Shown one piece after another: positions 31,010-41,242 of a stretch of DNA of 64,000 nucleotides (its first letter is position 1; every line of letters starts with the position of its first letter). The translations under genes and the position numbers were made by a program. Source of the stretch: Deltaproteobacteria bacterium (GTDB lineage: Bacteria > Desulfobacterota > GWC2-55-46). The notes beneath the pieces are model-generated. The model saw only the letters and a program-made list of their open reading frames with translations. It did no database searches and was not told where the DNA came from. The DNA lies in NCBI GenBank assembly GCA_016234405.1, contig JACRCC010000032.1:4360-68359 (forward strand), written 5' to 3'.

Positions 31010-31108
31010 CTATGCTATTACCCCCCTTTCGTTACAAAGTGTGATTACGAGCGCAAAAGAATTTATAATTATTATACCTTTCGGCCAAATTGTCAACGAA
31101 TTTTCCCG

Positions 31109-32881
31109 TCAACTGAAAAACTCCTCCCTGTATAGACTCGGCATCTTGGAATTTATGAAGTTTTCAACGTCCGCGGCGGTTGCGAACCCGATAATGCCCT
31201 TGCAAATCTTTTTTGCGTCGGCATAGCTCACCGACCGGATGAGACGCTTGACCTTGAGGACGGACGCGGCGTTCATGCTCAACAGCCCCACGCCGAAACC
31301 AACGAGTATGAGGGCGTACTCAGGCTCTCCGGCCATCTCCCCGCACACGCTTACGCTCACACCGGCGTTATTGGCGGCCTCGATTACGGACTTTATCAAC
31401 CTGAGCGCCGCCGGATGAAACGGCTCGTAAAGATACGCCACGTGCTCGTTCACCCTGTCAATCGCAAGCGAGTATTGGAGCAGATCGTTAGTGCCGATGG
31501 AGATGAAATCCACCTCTTTTACGATGAGGTCCGCTATGACCGCGGCCGAGGGCACCTCTATCATCGCGCCTACGGCGATGTCAGCGTCAAATGCCTTGCC
31601 TTCTTTTTTAAGCTCGGCCTTGACCTCTTCGAGCATAAATTTGGCTTGACGAAGCTCTTCCACCCCGGATATCATGGGGAACATGACCTTGACGCGGCCC
31701 GCCACGCTTGCGCGCAGGATAGCCCGGAGCTGCACCCTGAAGATGTCCGCGTTCTTCAGGCAAAACCTTATTGCGCGCAGCCCCATCGCCGGGTTTATCT
31801 CCCCTTGCGCGTCTCCCGCCAAAATCTTGTCGCCGCCTATGTCGAGCGTCCTGATGACGACAGGGCGCGGGTACATCTTCTTTGCCACGAGTCTGTATGC
31901 CTTTAGCTGCTCCTCCTCGGTCGGCAGCGCCGTGCGGTTGAGATAAAGGAACTCCGTCCTGTAAAGGCCTATGCCCTCGGCGCCGTGTTCGGTCAAAGAG
32001 TCTATCTCCTCGCTTATCTCCATGTTGCCCATCAGCAGCACCCTCCTGCCGTCCACGGTTTCGCACGGCATGTCCTTTAGGTGGAAGAGCGCCCTGTCAT
32101 AGTCCTCGAACCGCGTCTTTCGTTTCCTGTAAACCTCGATTACGGAATCCGAGGGATTTATGATTACGGTGCCGGTGGCGCCGTCAACGATTATCGTGTC
32201 CCCGTTTTCCGCCTTCCGCGTGACGTTTTCAAGACCCACGACCGCCGGTATCTCGAGGGCGCGGGCAGTGATGGCCGTGTGCGACGTCCTCCCGCCGACG
32301 TCCGTAAGAAAGGCAATAACCAACGCCTTGTCCATCTGAGCGGTATCCGCCGGCGTTATGTCATGCGCTACGACGATGGAGGGCGACTTGAGGTCCGTGA
32401 TGCTCTCGTGTCTTTTACCGGTGAGGTTGATAAGCACCCTATTGACGATATGCTCTATGTCGGTCGAGCGTTCCTTTAGATAGGCGTCGTCCATCTTGGC
32501 AAAATACTCCATTATGTCCTTGAGGACGGTCTTCAACGCCCACTCTGCGTTGACCTTCTGCTCCCTTATCACCTTTACGGTGTCGTTGATGAGCATGGCG
32601 TCTTTCAATATCATCACGTGGGCGTCTATGATGCGGATATGTTCCTTGCCGCGCCTGTCCTCCTCCATCTTCTTCTTGATGCGCGCGAGCTGGTCTCTAC
32701 TCTCTTTGAGGGCGTTCTTGAACCGCTCTATCTCTTTGTCGGTCTCGTTAGGGTCGAGATAGCAGACGTGCGCGGCCTCGACCGCGCCCCTTTCAAGCTC
32801 ATAGGTCCGTCCGATGGCGATGCCCGGGGAAACGCCGAGCCCCTTCATTAGTATGACCTGTTTTTTCGTTTCAGGAGTCAT
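31109..32881 (-). CDS. ptsI: PTS Enzyme I (phosphoenolpyruvate-protein phosphotransferase)
   Basis: PEP-utilizer domains, 'GGRTSHTAI'. ATGA overlap with ptsH. Confidence 0.9.
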   Translation of the reverse strand: MTPETKKQVILMKGLGVSPGIAIGRTYELERGAVEAAHVCYLDPNETDKEIERFKNALKESRDQLARIKKKMEEDRRGKEHIRIIDAHVMILKDAMLINDTVKVIREQKVNAEWALKTVLKDIMEYFAKMDDAYLKERSTDIEHIVNRVLINLTGKRHESITDLKSPSIVVAHDITPADTAQMDKALVIAFLTDVGGRTSHTAITARALEIPAVVGLENVTRKAENGDTIIVDGATGTVIINPSDSVIEVYRKRKTRFEDYDRALFHLKDMPCETVDGRRVLLMGNMEISEEIDSLTEHGAEGIGLYRTEFLYLNRTALPTEEEQLKAYRLVAKKMYPRPVVIRTLDIGGDKILAGDAQGEINPAMGLRAIRFCLKNADIFRVQLRAILRASVAGRVKVMFPMISGVEELRQAKFMLEEVKAELKKEGKAFDADIAVGAMIEVPSAAVIADLIVKEVDFISIGTNDLLQYSLAIDRVNEHVAYLYEPFHPAALRLIKSVIEAANNAGVSVSVCGEMAGEPEYALILVGFGVGLLSMNAASVLKVKRLIRSVSYADAKKICKGIIGFATAADVENFINSKMPSLYREEFFS

Positions 32882-33159
32882 TCGTCTTCACCGAATTTAT
32901 TTTCTATGAGGTCCCCTATCGCGCTAAGCGCGCCGGTGGCGTCCGCTCCAGAGACCTTGACGGTGATTTGAGTCCCCTGGGCGGCGGCAAGGATGAGTAT
33001 CCCCATGATGCTCTTGCCGTTGACCTCTTGATTATTTTTCGCGACAAGTATGTCGCAGTCGAACTTCGTGGTCAACTGCACGAATAACGACGCGGCCCTG
33101 GCGTGCAGCCCGAGCTTGTTTTTGATGGTAAAGGCCTTGGTCAATATCTCCCCGTTCAT
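32878..33159 (-). CDS. ptsH: Phosphocarrier protein HPr
   Basis: 'GLHARAAS' with the His15 region. The start is taken at internal Met32 of the track ORF (MNGEILTK), giving a typical 93-aa HPr. Confidence 0.8.
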   Translation of the reverse strand: MNGEILTKAFTIKNKLGLHARAASLFVQLTTKFDCDILVAKNNQEVNGKSIMGILILAAAQGTQITVKVSGADATGALSAIGDLIENKFGEDE

Positions 33160-33190
33160 ATACGTTATCCCCGTAATTTTTTGACGTGCG

Positions 33191-33667
33191 TCAGGCGCCG
33201 GTCCTTGACACGTATTCAACAGGCTCTTTCGTAGGCACGTCGCGTATGTCAATCTCCACGCCGAGCAGCTTGAAACGGTCGAGTATTTTCTCGTCCTCTC
33301 CGTTTACTATCACGGACGGCGTAATCGTCCTGCCGTTTTTTTCGTGGTGGATGTTGCCGAGGTTCAATGAAGCGAACCTCATGCCGAGTTCGTAGAGCCT
33401 CATGGCGTCCCTGACGTCCGAGACTATCATTATTACCCTGTCGGGGCACGACATGCACAAACCGATGCGCGTTGCGGCCTCCGAGAGCTTCTCCACGCGA
33501 ACGGTAAGCCCTTCGCAGCCGCACGCGCACATAATCTCGGAGGTCAACTCGTCCCCTGCGGCCTCGTCTGAAGCCACGACGAGAGAATCCGCCTTCGTAA
33601 AAGGCACCCACGAGCAAATTATCTGCCCGTGCAAAAGCCTGTCGTCAACCCTCACGAGGATGACCAT
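33191..33667 (-). CDS. PTS EIIB component, mannose/sorbose family
   Basis: 'RVDDRLLHGQ' phospho-His motif of mannose-family EIIB. Confidence 0.75.
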   Translation of the reverse strand: MVILVRVDDRLLHGQIICSWVPFTKADSLVVASDEAAGDELTSEIMCACGCEGLTVRVEKLSEAATRIGLCMSCPDRVIMIVSDVRDAMRLYELGMRFASLNLGNIHHEKNGRTITPSVIVNGEDEKILDRFKLLGVEIDIRDVPTKEPVEYVSRTGA

Positions 33668-33822
33668 CTCTTCAAAATCTCCAACTCAAGGATGCGTGCG
33701 TCATATACAATGAAAAGCCTCCGGCGCATATCCGCATCGCCCGGCGCCGCTTTTCATTACGAAGGTATGTTGGTTATTGACCTACTTCGCGTAGAAAAGT
33801 GGCGCTGGGTAAAAACTAACGG

Positions 33823-34227
33823 CTACTTCTTTTCCTTTAACATTTCACCCGCAAGTATGACGCTATTCCTTCCGTATTCCCTCAAAAAAACGGCAAGCTC
33901 GCCGATTTCTTTCTCAGCCCTATGCCCGATGAATTTCAGAAGCATCGGCAGGTTCACGCCGGTTATCACCTCGACGCGGCCTTCCTCAAGGAGGGACAGG
34001 GCGATATTCGTAGGCGTCCCGCCGAACATATCCGTGAAGATGATAACACCGAATCCGGAGTCCGCCTCTTTTACGGATGAGGCAAGCGTATTGCGAATAT
34101 CCTCCGTGGCGTTTGAACTCTTAACGGAGATGGTCTTTATCATATCCGCCTTGCCGGTTATCGCCTCTGCCGCCTCGCAAAGGCTGCGTGAAATATCCCC
34201 GTGCGTTATTATTACCGCGCCTACCAT
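33823..34227 (-). CDS. PTS EIIA component, mannose family
   Basis: 'VIITHGD...TDMFGGTPTN' matches the EIIA-Man fold. Confidence 0.75.
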   Translation of the reverse strand: MVGAVIITHGDISRSLCEAAEAITGKADMIKTISVKSSNATEDIRNTLASSVKEADSGFGVIIFTDMFGGTPTNIALSLLEEGRVEVITGVNLPMLLKFIGHRAEKEIGELAVFLREYGRNSVILAGEMLKEKK

Positions 34228-34274
34228 ATCGTCCTCGTTGTGAAACCGTTACGACGCATCACGGCCTTTTCGGT

Positions 34275-35138
34275 TCACGGTTTTTGTATATCCCTGTGCC
34301 TTTTTTGGACCGTAAACGTCGGAGAGTTTATCATCAAACAGACCTCATCCGCGATTACGACGGACCTGTGCCTGCCGCCGGTGCATCCAACCGCGATGGT
34401 AAGATATGCCTTGCCCTCTTTCCGGTACATCGGCATCAGGTAATCGAGAAACGCCTTGAACCTTTCGAGAAATTCCGTTGTCTCGGGGCGTCCGAGGACA
34501 AATCCCCTTACCGCCCCTGATCCTCCGTCAAGCGGTCTCAATTCCTCGACGAAGTACGGGTTGGGGAGAAACCGTATGTCCACAACGAGGTCCGCGTCCG
34601 CCGGAATGCCGTAGCGGTATCCGAACGAAACCACGTTTACGGTCATCTTTTCCCGCGCCGTTGCCCCTGAATAAATCCCCTTTATGTGCTCACGGAGCTG
34701 ATGCACGTTAAAACCGGTCGTATCAACGACCCTGTCGGCCAGGGATTTTATCTCGTTTAAAAGCCCCCTTTCCTTTAATATGCCTTCGAGGGGGCCGCCT
34801 GCCGCTGCAATGGGATGCCTCCTTCGCGTTTCGCTGAACCTTCTTACAAGAGAGTCGTCCTCCGCTTCAAGGTAGAGCAGCTCGACCCTATACCCGTCCT
34901 TCTTAATCCCCGCAAAAACCCCGGAGAACGCCTTGAGGAACTCCCCCTCCCTCACGTCAACGACCGCCGCGACCTTCGTTATCTCTCCGGATTGAGAGAG
35001 CACCTCCATGAATTTAGGAAGGAGCGTAACAGGGAGGTTATCCACGCAGAAAAAACCCACGTCTTCAAGGGCCTTGATGGCCGTGCTTTTGCCTGCGCCG
35101 GAGGCCCCGCTTAATACGACAAGCCGTATGTCCTTCAA
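34275..35138 (-). CDS. rapZ: RNase adapter protein RapZ (YhbJ)
   Basis: Walker A 'GASGAGKST'. Conserved C-terminal region 'GCTGGRHRSV'. Confidence 0.9.
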   Translation of the reverse strand: MKDIRLVVLSGASGAGKSTAIKALEDVGFFCVDNLPVTLLPKFMEVLSQSGEITKVAAVVDVREGEFLKAFSGVFAGIKKDGYRVELLYLEAEDDSLVRRFSETRRRHPIAAAGGPLEGILKERGLLNEIKSLADRVVDTTGFNVHQLREHIKGIYSGATAREKMTVNVVSFGYRYGIPADADLVVDIRFLPNPYFVEELRPLDGGSGAVRGFVLGRPETTEFLERFKAFLDYLMPMYRKEGKAYLTIAVGCTGGRHRSVVIADEVCLMINSPTFTVQKRHRDIQKP

Positions 35139-35201
35139 TGCTGTCCTTCCGAATGTTTGTTAAAAACAGCGGGCGGCGCGGGGCAGAACGCCTAACCCCC
35201 T

Positions 35202-36155
35202 TTACTTCACCAAGACATTCGCATCTTCCTTTTTCATGGCCTTTTTAAGCTGCGCCTCGATGGTCTTTGACGGATGGTGGCCCATGATCTTCAATATCTG
35301 ATTCCTTGCGGCCACCTCGACGATAGTCGCCACGCTTCTGCCTGGGCTTACAGGCACCCTTAAATAAGGCAGCTTAACGCCGAGTATGTCGGAGTGGATT
35401 TCCTTAAAGCCGAGCCTTTCATACTCCGCGTCCGTCTCCCACTTGACAAGCTCGACGACCATGTCCATCTGTTTTTTCTCGCGTATGGCGGTGATGCCGT
35501 AGAGGTCTTTTATGTTTACGATGCCAAGCCCCCTAATCTCTATATGATAGCGTATGACGTCGGACGACGTGCCGATAAGGAGCGCGGGGGGCAGCCTTTT
35601 AACGATGACCATGTCGTCTGAAACGAGCCTAAAGCCCCGCGCCACGAGGTCGAGCGCGCACTCGCTCTTGCCGATGCCGCTTTTTCCGGTTATGAGTATC
35701 CCTATGCCGAGCACATCCACGAGCACGCCGTGCAAGGTAGTCGTCGGGGCGAGCCTCTCCTCAAGGAACTTTGCTATGCCTTCGATGAACACCGACGAGG
35801 TAAGGGCGGTCTTGAATAGCGGTATGTGTTTTCTCTTGCAGAGGTCCAGCAGCACCTTGGGCGGCTCGATGCCCCTTGTGACGATGACGGCGGGGATGTT
35901 TACCTTTTCTATAACGCCGAGCGTCCTCTTGAGTTTCTCCTCCTTGAGGCTGTTTAAGTAGCCTATCTCGGCTGCGCCGAATATCTGAACCCTGTCGGAG
36001 TGGAGTTCTTCAAGGAGACCCGTGAGGAGGAGACCGGGTTTTTGTATGCGGGACGTGGTTATCTCCCTTTCAAGCCCCTTTTCGCCGGTAATCAGTTCAA
36101 GACCGTATTGGCCGGAGATGCCTTCTTCGAGAAGAATTTTTATGGGGACGCGCAT
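35202..36155 (-). CDS. hprK: HPr kinase/phosphorylase
   Basis: 'GKSGIGKSE' P-loop plus HprK C-terminal domain. Confidence 0.9.
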   Translation of the reverse strand: MRVPIKILLEEGISGQYGLELITGEKGLEREITTSRIQKPGLLLTGLLEELHSDRVQIFGAAEIGYLNSLKEEKLKRTLGVIEKVNIPAVIVTRGIEPPKVLLDLCKRKHIPLFKTALTSSVFIEGIAKFLEERLAPTTTLHGVLVDVLGIGILITGKSGIGKSECALDLVARGFRLVSDDMVIVKRLPPALLIGTSSDVIRYHIEIRGLGIVNIKDLYGITAIREKKQMDMVVELVKWETDAEYERLGFKEIHSDILGVKLPYLRVPVSPGRSVATIVEVAARNQILKIMGHHPSKTIEAQLKKAMKKEDANVLVK

Positions 36156-36180
36156 GGAGACTCCCGCTGTTTCCCGCCCG

Positions 36181-36666
36181 TCAAGGCGCGAGATTTTTTT
36201 TGTCGGCCTCGGCTATTATGTCGTATATTTCCGCGGAATTCGAGGCCCTCATGAGTGAAACCCTGAAGTCCTGATTTTTCAGGAGATGCGATATACCCGC
36301 GAGCATCTTGAGGTGCGCGGCGGCGGAGTTTTCAGGGGCTATAATCAGAAAAAAGAGGTAGACGGGCTGCTTGTCCATCGAGTTGAAATCAACGCCCTTC
36401 CTGCTCCTCCCGAAAAAAACCCTCATCTCCGGCACCCCTTTGATCTTGCCGTGCGGGAGCGCCACCCCGTGCCCTATGCCGGTGGTACCGAGCCTTTCTC
36501 TCTCGATGATGGCGTCAAGGAGTTTGTCCTTGTCAACGCCTTCTATCTTCGAGGAGACCTCCGCGCACAACTCGCGCAGAAGCTCTTTTTTATCCCGCGC
36601 CTTCAGGTCTTCCATCACGCCGTCGGGCATGAGCACGTCGGTCAGCCGCATAGCATCACCTTGCAA
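36181..36666 (-). CDS. ptsN: PTS IIA-Ntr (nitrogen regulatory EIIA)
   Basis: PTS_EIIA_2 fold 'GIGHGVALPHG'. The start may be Met6 at 36651. Confidence 0.8.
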   Translation of the reverse strand: MQGDAMRLTDVLMPDGVMEDLKARDKKELLRELCAEVSSKIEGVDKDKLLDAIIERERLGTTGIGHGVALPHGKIKGVPEMRVFFGRSRKGVDFNSMDKQPVYLFFLIIAPENSAAAHLKMLAGISHLLKNQDFRVSLMRASNSAEIYDIIAEADKKNLAP

Positions 36667-36706
36667 TCGTAATCGCAGTATCTACAACTTTGAGTTATCC
36701 TCGCAT

Positions 36707-37237
36707 CTACTTTATCCTTGTCTCGATGAGACCGTAGTCCCCGCCCACGGTCCTATAGATAACGCTTATGTTGCGCGAGGTGGAATCCGTGAAGACCAAA
36801 AATGCGTTCTCTACGACGCCCATCTGCATTACCGCTTCTTCAACGGACATGGGTTTTACGAACTGATTTTCCTTTTTGACGACCCGCGGCCCGGCGGCCG
36901 CCGCCCCCGCGGAGGGCATCGTTTTCCCCGGCGGCTCGTCGGTGTGCGGCTTATGGTCTTTCCTCTTTTCCTTGTGCTTTTTCACCTGTTTTTCGAGCTT
37001 ATCGAGCGCCATATCTATGGCCGAGTACATGTCGGGAGTGGACTCCTGCGCCTTTATGGTGACGCCGTTGGCGGTGATGTTTACGTCCGCTGTGTGACGG
37101 ATCTTCTCAACGGAGAGCGCCCAATGTATCTCGATTGGAGGGAATAAATACTTTACGAGCCTCTCGGATTTTTCAACTGCATACTTTCTCAATGCGTCCG
37201 ACGATTCCATGTGTCTGAACGTTACCGTAACCTGCAT
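36707..37237 (-). CDS. hpf: Ribosome hibernation promoting factor, long form
   Basis: S30AE N-terminal domain plus C-terminal dimerisation domain. Start chosen at 'MQVTVTFRHM'. Confidence 0.85.
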   Translation of the reverse strand: MQVTVTFRHMESSDALRKYAVEKSERLVKYLFPPIEIHWALSVEKIRHTADVNITANGVTIKAQESTPDMYSAIDMALDKLEKQVKKHKEKRKDHKPHTDEPPGKTMPSAGAAAAGPRVVKKENQFVKPMSVEEAVMQMGVVENAFLVFTDSTSRNISVIYRTVGGDYGLIETRIK

Positions 37238-37406
37238 TCCTCTAACCTCCGGTTTATTTGAAGGCAGCCTTGAGCCGACCATCAATCTCCCCCGCGCACA
37301 AACATATTATTTTTAATACCCCTCTTTTCTAATAGGGGCCGGGAAGATTATTTTTAAACATTATCGCGCAGAAAGTCAATTCATAAAGTTGGCCGGCGCG
37401 GGCCGC

Positions 37407-38903
37407 TCAATAGTGCATCCTCCTCCTGCTTGAAGGCTGAATGCCGAGGGTCTCCCTGTATTTTGCGGCCGTGCGCCTTGCCAACACTATCCCGTCCTTT
37501 TTAAGCTCCTCCACTATCTGTACGTCGGAGAGCGGGCTTTGCGGGTTCTCCCCCTTGATTATCGCCTTGAGTTTTTCCCTTATATACTCGGTAGCCACGT
37601 CGCCGCCGTCCGAGGTCGCCATGCCCGTGGAAAAAAAATACTTTAACTCGAATATCCCTCGCGGCGTCTGCACGTATTTATTGGATGTTACCCTGCTTAC
37701 GGTTGATTCGTGCATGCCTATGCCCTCGGCAACGTCCCTGAGTATCATGGGCCTCATGAACTGGAGTCCCTTATCGAAAAAATTCCTTTGTAATCTCACG
37801 ATACACTCGACTACCCGCTTTATGGTATTCTGTCTCTGATAAACGCTGTTGATGAGCCACAACGCGCTCCTGCGTTTTTCCTGAATGTATTCCTTCGCGT
37901 CGTCCGGCATCGCGCCTCCGGATTTGAGTATCTGCGCGTAGTAAGGGCTTATCCTGAGTTTCGGCAGCCCGTCTTCGTTCAGGGTTATAACGTAATCGTC
38001 CCCGTCCTTGTGGATGTAAACGTCGGGCACTATCGCCGAGCCGATGTCCGCCCCGAAGCCGGCGCCCGGCACGGGGTTCAGGCATTTATTTATCAGCCTT
38101 GCCGCCTCGGCAACTTCATCAATCGTTATGCCAAGCAGCTTTCCCACTGCCTTGTAGTTCTTCCTTGCAAGGAGTCCGAGATGGCGGCTTATAATCTCCT
38201 CGACCAACGTGTCGCGCACCGGGAGCTGGCGCGCCTGAATCAAAAGACATTCGCGCAGGGTGCGCGCGGCAACGCCGGGCGGATCGAACTGTTGGATGAG
38301 ACCCAATGCCTTCTCAACGGCATCAATGGAGACTCCGGTATGCCTTGCGACCTCGGCAACGGCAAGGGCCTCGGCCTCAACGTCGCTGAGACTCGCGCCC
38401 GTATCCGGGCACAACTTCAGGTATCCGTCTTCGGCGATATTGCCGATAATGAATTGGCCGGCTGCCGCAACGTCGGGGGCCAATACGCTCATCTTGAACT
38501 GCCACATGAGATGCTCGGAAAGACCTCCCGTAGACGCCGAGAAAGAGGCCATGTAGTCGTCGTCTTCCGCGTCGCTGCGATTGCTAAAATTCAACCTATT
38601 GCCGCCGTAGTCCCCGCTCGACTCGATATAAGACTGCCAATCCTCCTCGGACTTTTCGGTCTCTTGTGTATTCGTTGTCCCGTCCTCTTCGCCCGTCTCG
38701 TCCGCCTCACCCTTGGCGGCATCAACGCCGTCCTCGCCGGTCTCAGCAATATCCTCGACGACGGGATTGGTCTCAAGCTCTTCGCGTATGGTCTCGACGA
38801 GTTCAAGCCTCGATAGCTGCAGCAGCTTTATCGCAAGCTGCAGCTGCGGCGTCATTACGAGGGATTGAGTGAGTTTTAGTTCTTGTTTGAGTTCGTATGC
38901 CAT
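37407..38903 (-). CDS. rpoN: RNA polymerase sigma-54 factor
   Basis: Region I 'LKLTQSLVMTPQLQLAIKLLQLS' and the RpoN box 'ARRTAAKYRE'. The track ORF (to 39002) carries a false 33-aa N-extension read through family-D repeats; the true start is 'MAYELKQ' at 38903. Confidence 0.9.
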   Translation of the reverse strand: MAYELKQELKLTQSLVMTPQLQLAIKLLQLSRLELVETIREELETNPVVEDIAETGEDGVDAAKGEADETGEEDGTTNTQETEKSEEDWQSYIESSGDYGGNRLNFSNRSDAEDDDYMASFSASTGGLSEHLMWQFKMSVLAPDVAAAGQFIIGNIAEDGYLKLCPDTGASLSDVEAEALAVAEVARHTGVSIDAVEKALGLIQQFDPPGVAARTLRECLLIQARQLPVRDTLVEEIISRHLGLLARKNYKAVGKLLGITIDEVAEAARLINKCLNPVPGAGFGADIGSAIVPDVYIHKDGDDYVITLNEDGLPKLRISPYYAQILKSGGAMPDDAKEYIQEKRRSALWLINSVYQRQNTIKRVVECIVRLQRNFFDKGLQFMRPMILRDVAEGIGMHESTVSRVTSNKYVQTPRGIFELKYFFSTGMATSDGGDVATEYIREKLKAIIKGENPQSPLSDVQIVEELKKDGIVLARRTAAKYRETLGIQPSSRRRMHY

Positions 38904-38908
38904 AAAAG

Positions 38909-39011
38909 CGGTTATCGGTTGACGGTTATCGGTAAGACGGTTATCGGTTATCAGTGAAGGTGAAAAAATAATTTCCTTAAACCGATACCTGATAACTGAC
39001 AACCGATAACG
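38909..39011. repeat. Family-D repeat cluster (ggttatcgg / ccgataacc arms around an AT-rich core) upstream of rpoN
   Basis: Other copies at 23884-23941, 25355-25416 and 61425-61504. Confidence 0.8.
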
Positions 39012-39013
39012 TT

Positions 39014-39730
39014 TTAAAGCCTGAACTTTTCCCCGAGATAAACGTCTCTCACCTGTTTGCTTTCAAGTATCTCGGACGGGGCGCCGGATTTCAAGAGCCT
39101 GCCGCCGCCGATTATGTATGCGCGGTCGCAAATGCCGAGCGTCGCCCCGACGTTGTGGTCTGTCACAAGTATGCCGATTCCCTTTTTTTTCAACCCGAGC
39201 ATTATCTCCTGAATGTCGCCGACGGCAATGGGGTCTATGCCGGAAAACGGCTCGTCAAGTAGAAAAAAAGAAGGCGAGTTTACCAGAGCGCGGGCTATCT
39301 CCACCCTCCTCCTCTCGCCGCCTGAGAGCGAATACGCCTTTGCCTTTGCAAGGTGGAGCACCCCGAGTTCGTCAAGCAACGCCTCAGCGCGCTCGGAAGT
39401 CTCGTCAACGCCGATACCCATAAACTCGAATATCGCCCTCACGTTCTCCTCCACCGTGAGCTTCCTGAAAACCGACGGCTCCTGCGGCAAATAACTTAGC
39501 CCTAAGCGCGCCCTTTGATACATCGGCATCCGGGTTATGTCTTCATGCCCTATCATAACGGCGCCCTCATCCGGACTCACAAGGCCCACGGCCATGTAAA
39601 ACGTGGTGGTCTTGCCCGCGCCGTTAGGCCCCAAGAGGCCGACTATCTCTCCGGGGGAAACGTGCATGCTTACGCCGTCCACCACTTTTCTCTTTTTGAA
39701 GGATTTAACGAGGCCCTTTACATAGAGCTT
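39014..39730 (-). CDS. lptB: LPS export ABC transporter ATP-binding protein LptB
   Basis: Walker A 'GPNGAGKTT', signature 'LSGGERRR'. Start at 'MKLYVKGL'. Confidence 0.9.
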   Translation of the reverse strand, partial: KLYVKGLVKSFKKRKVVDGVSMHVSPGEIVGLLGPNGAGKTTTFYMAVGLVSPDEGAVMIGHEDITRMPMYQRARLGLSYLPQEPSVFRKLTVEENVRAIFEFMGIGVDETSERAEALLDELGVLHLAKAKAYSLSGGERRRVEIARALVNSPSFFLLDEPFSGIDPIAVGDIQEIMLGLKKKGIGILVTDHNVGATLGICDRAYIIGGGRLLKSGAPSEILESKQVRDVYLGEKFRL

Positions 39731-40337
39731 CATCACCAGCCACCTTAGGGGGAGTTTTGACGTCAAGTTTGGAACTAAATTTCGCCCCCGCCCGCGCGTC
39801 CGCAGCAGGGGGGGGCGTTCCCCCGTTGCTTGATTTGCCGCAGTTTTTCCCCGGCGTAATAACGGCCTTTACCCGTTGCGCTCCCGCCCCCTCTACGGAC
39901 GCGGTGTTGTCGTCGAGACGCATCGTAATCCTCTCGCCCTTGACCGTGTCCACGCACTGCTCGACTTGGGAATGACCCGAGAGAACGACGGTGCGCTCCT
40001 GCCTTTTATAAACGGCCGAATCCGACCTGGCGGTCTTTCCGTCCTGAAATATGCGGACATTTCCGTCCGCCCTCATCTCGCTTACCTCGTTTCCGGCGCC
40101 GTAGGTTATAGTAAGCTCATCCGAGCAGAGCGTGAAGTCCTCGACCGCCGCGACGTTTCCCTTAAAAACTACCACGCCGCTCACCTTGTCGGCCTCAACC
40201 CTGTCGGAGGTTATCGTAACAGGCGCGCCGGGCATTGGGGCAGGGGCGTCCGTCTGTCCGGCCGCAACGCCCGCGCTGTATATTATCGCAAACATAGCCG
40301 CCGCTAAAACGGCGCGGCAGCGGGTTAATAAGCTCAT
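39705..40337 (-). CDS. lptA: LPS transport periplasmic protein LptA (OstA-like) with a Pro/Ala/Gly-rich C-terminal tail
   Basis: Signal peptide plus OstA-like beta-jellyroll repeats. Overlaps the lptB start. Confidence 0.7.
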   Translation of the reverse strand: MSLLTRCRAVLAAAMFAIIYSAGVAAGQTDAPAPMPGAPVTITSDRVEADKVSGVVVFKGNVAAVEDFTLCSDELTITYGAGNEVSEMRADGNVRIFQDGKTARSDSAVYKRQERTVVLSGHSQVEQCVDTVKGERITMRLDDNTASVEGAGAQRVKAVITPGKNCGKSSNGGTPPPAADARAGAKFSSKLDVKTPPKVAGDEALCKGPR

Positions 40338-40346
40338 GGCAATGCC

Positions 40347-40907
40347 CTATTTTACGGCGTTATAAAAGACCGCCCTTACGTCTTTAAGTATCTTAAACCT
40401 GTCGTTTTCAACATCCACGATGAGGCCGGACCCAGTCATGTTCATCTCGCTTGATGCGACCTCCACCCTGTCATTGGACGTCATCTCCCTCGACTTGATG
40501 GTATATCTGAGTCTATCCGTCACGAACCGCTCGCCCTTGCCGCTTACGACCACCACGCCGCCGCCGGCGTCAATGACGCCCTCGGATTCCTTGAGCAGCC
40601 CAGTGTTGGCATGCAGCCTGTAGACGGCGCCGGCGGCGGCGTAAAAAACGCCCGTAACCGCGCTCAACTCGGCAACGTCCTGCGCCTTCGCAATTTTTAC
40701 GGAATCGGCGTTGAGTTCCCACGCGAGCCTGCCGGCCCTCGTGCCGGTGTAGTGCACCGCGCTTAATTCAGAACCGGAGTTTTTACCGGCGGTGAAGTTT
40801 ATCGCATCCCCCGCCCGGCTTTTATAGTGATATGCCGCAAGGACGATAAGACCCGCAACGGAAAACGCGATAATGCCCGCAAGATACGCCTTTGTGCCGT
40901 TCCTCAT
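40347..40907 (-). CDS. lptC: LPS export protein LptC
   Basis: N-terminal TM anchor plus LptC fold. Positioned directly upstream of lptA. Confidence 0.7.
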   Translation of the reverse strand: MRNGTKAYLAGIIAFSVAGLIVLAAYHYKSRAGDAINFTAGKNSGSELSAVHYTGTRAGRLAWELNADSVKIAKAQDVAELSAVTGVFYAAAGAVYRLHANTGLLKESEGVIDAGGGVVVVSGKGERFVTDRLRYTIKSREMTSNDRVEVASSEMNMTGSGLIVDVENDRFKILKDVRAVFYNAVK

Positions 40908-41161
40908 AAAATTAATGCTTCTTTGTCAAGAAGCATCCGCCGTCATTTCGCGCAAAAGTCAGACCTGCCGGTCTGAGCCACAGTCTGCCTGATTTGCTGC
41001 TGGCAAAAATTATACCACCCATAAGGCTCAAAGTAAAGTTTGCGGAGGTTTGACTGCGATGTGTGCAACTCAGGGCTTAGATGAGCAATTCCTTTTCTCC
41101 TTGCGATGGAAAGTGGCGCTGGGCAAAACCCCTTTGTTCTTCAAACACTGACCTGTATCTC

Positions 41162-41191
41162 TTGACTAACCTCTCAAAACAATTGTAAGCT
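41162..41191 (+). promoter_or_regulatory. Candidate sigma70 promoter (TTGACT-N18-TAAGCT) for the cNMP-binding protein gene
   Basis: Hexamers read from the sequence. Confidence 0.3.
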
Positions 41192-41242
41192 GAATGTGTA
41201 ACACCGTATGCTTCTTCAAAATACGCGGACGAGGGCTGCCCC

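Noticed and set aside
31608-32066. Arg/Gly-rich ORFs antisense to ptsI; also 26126-26323 and 29304-29654 of the same type
   Set aside because: Arg-rich nonsense translations of GC-rich antisense strands. They overlap strong genes.
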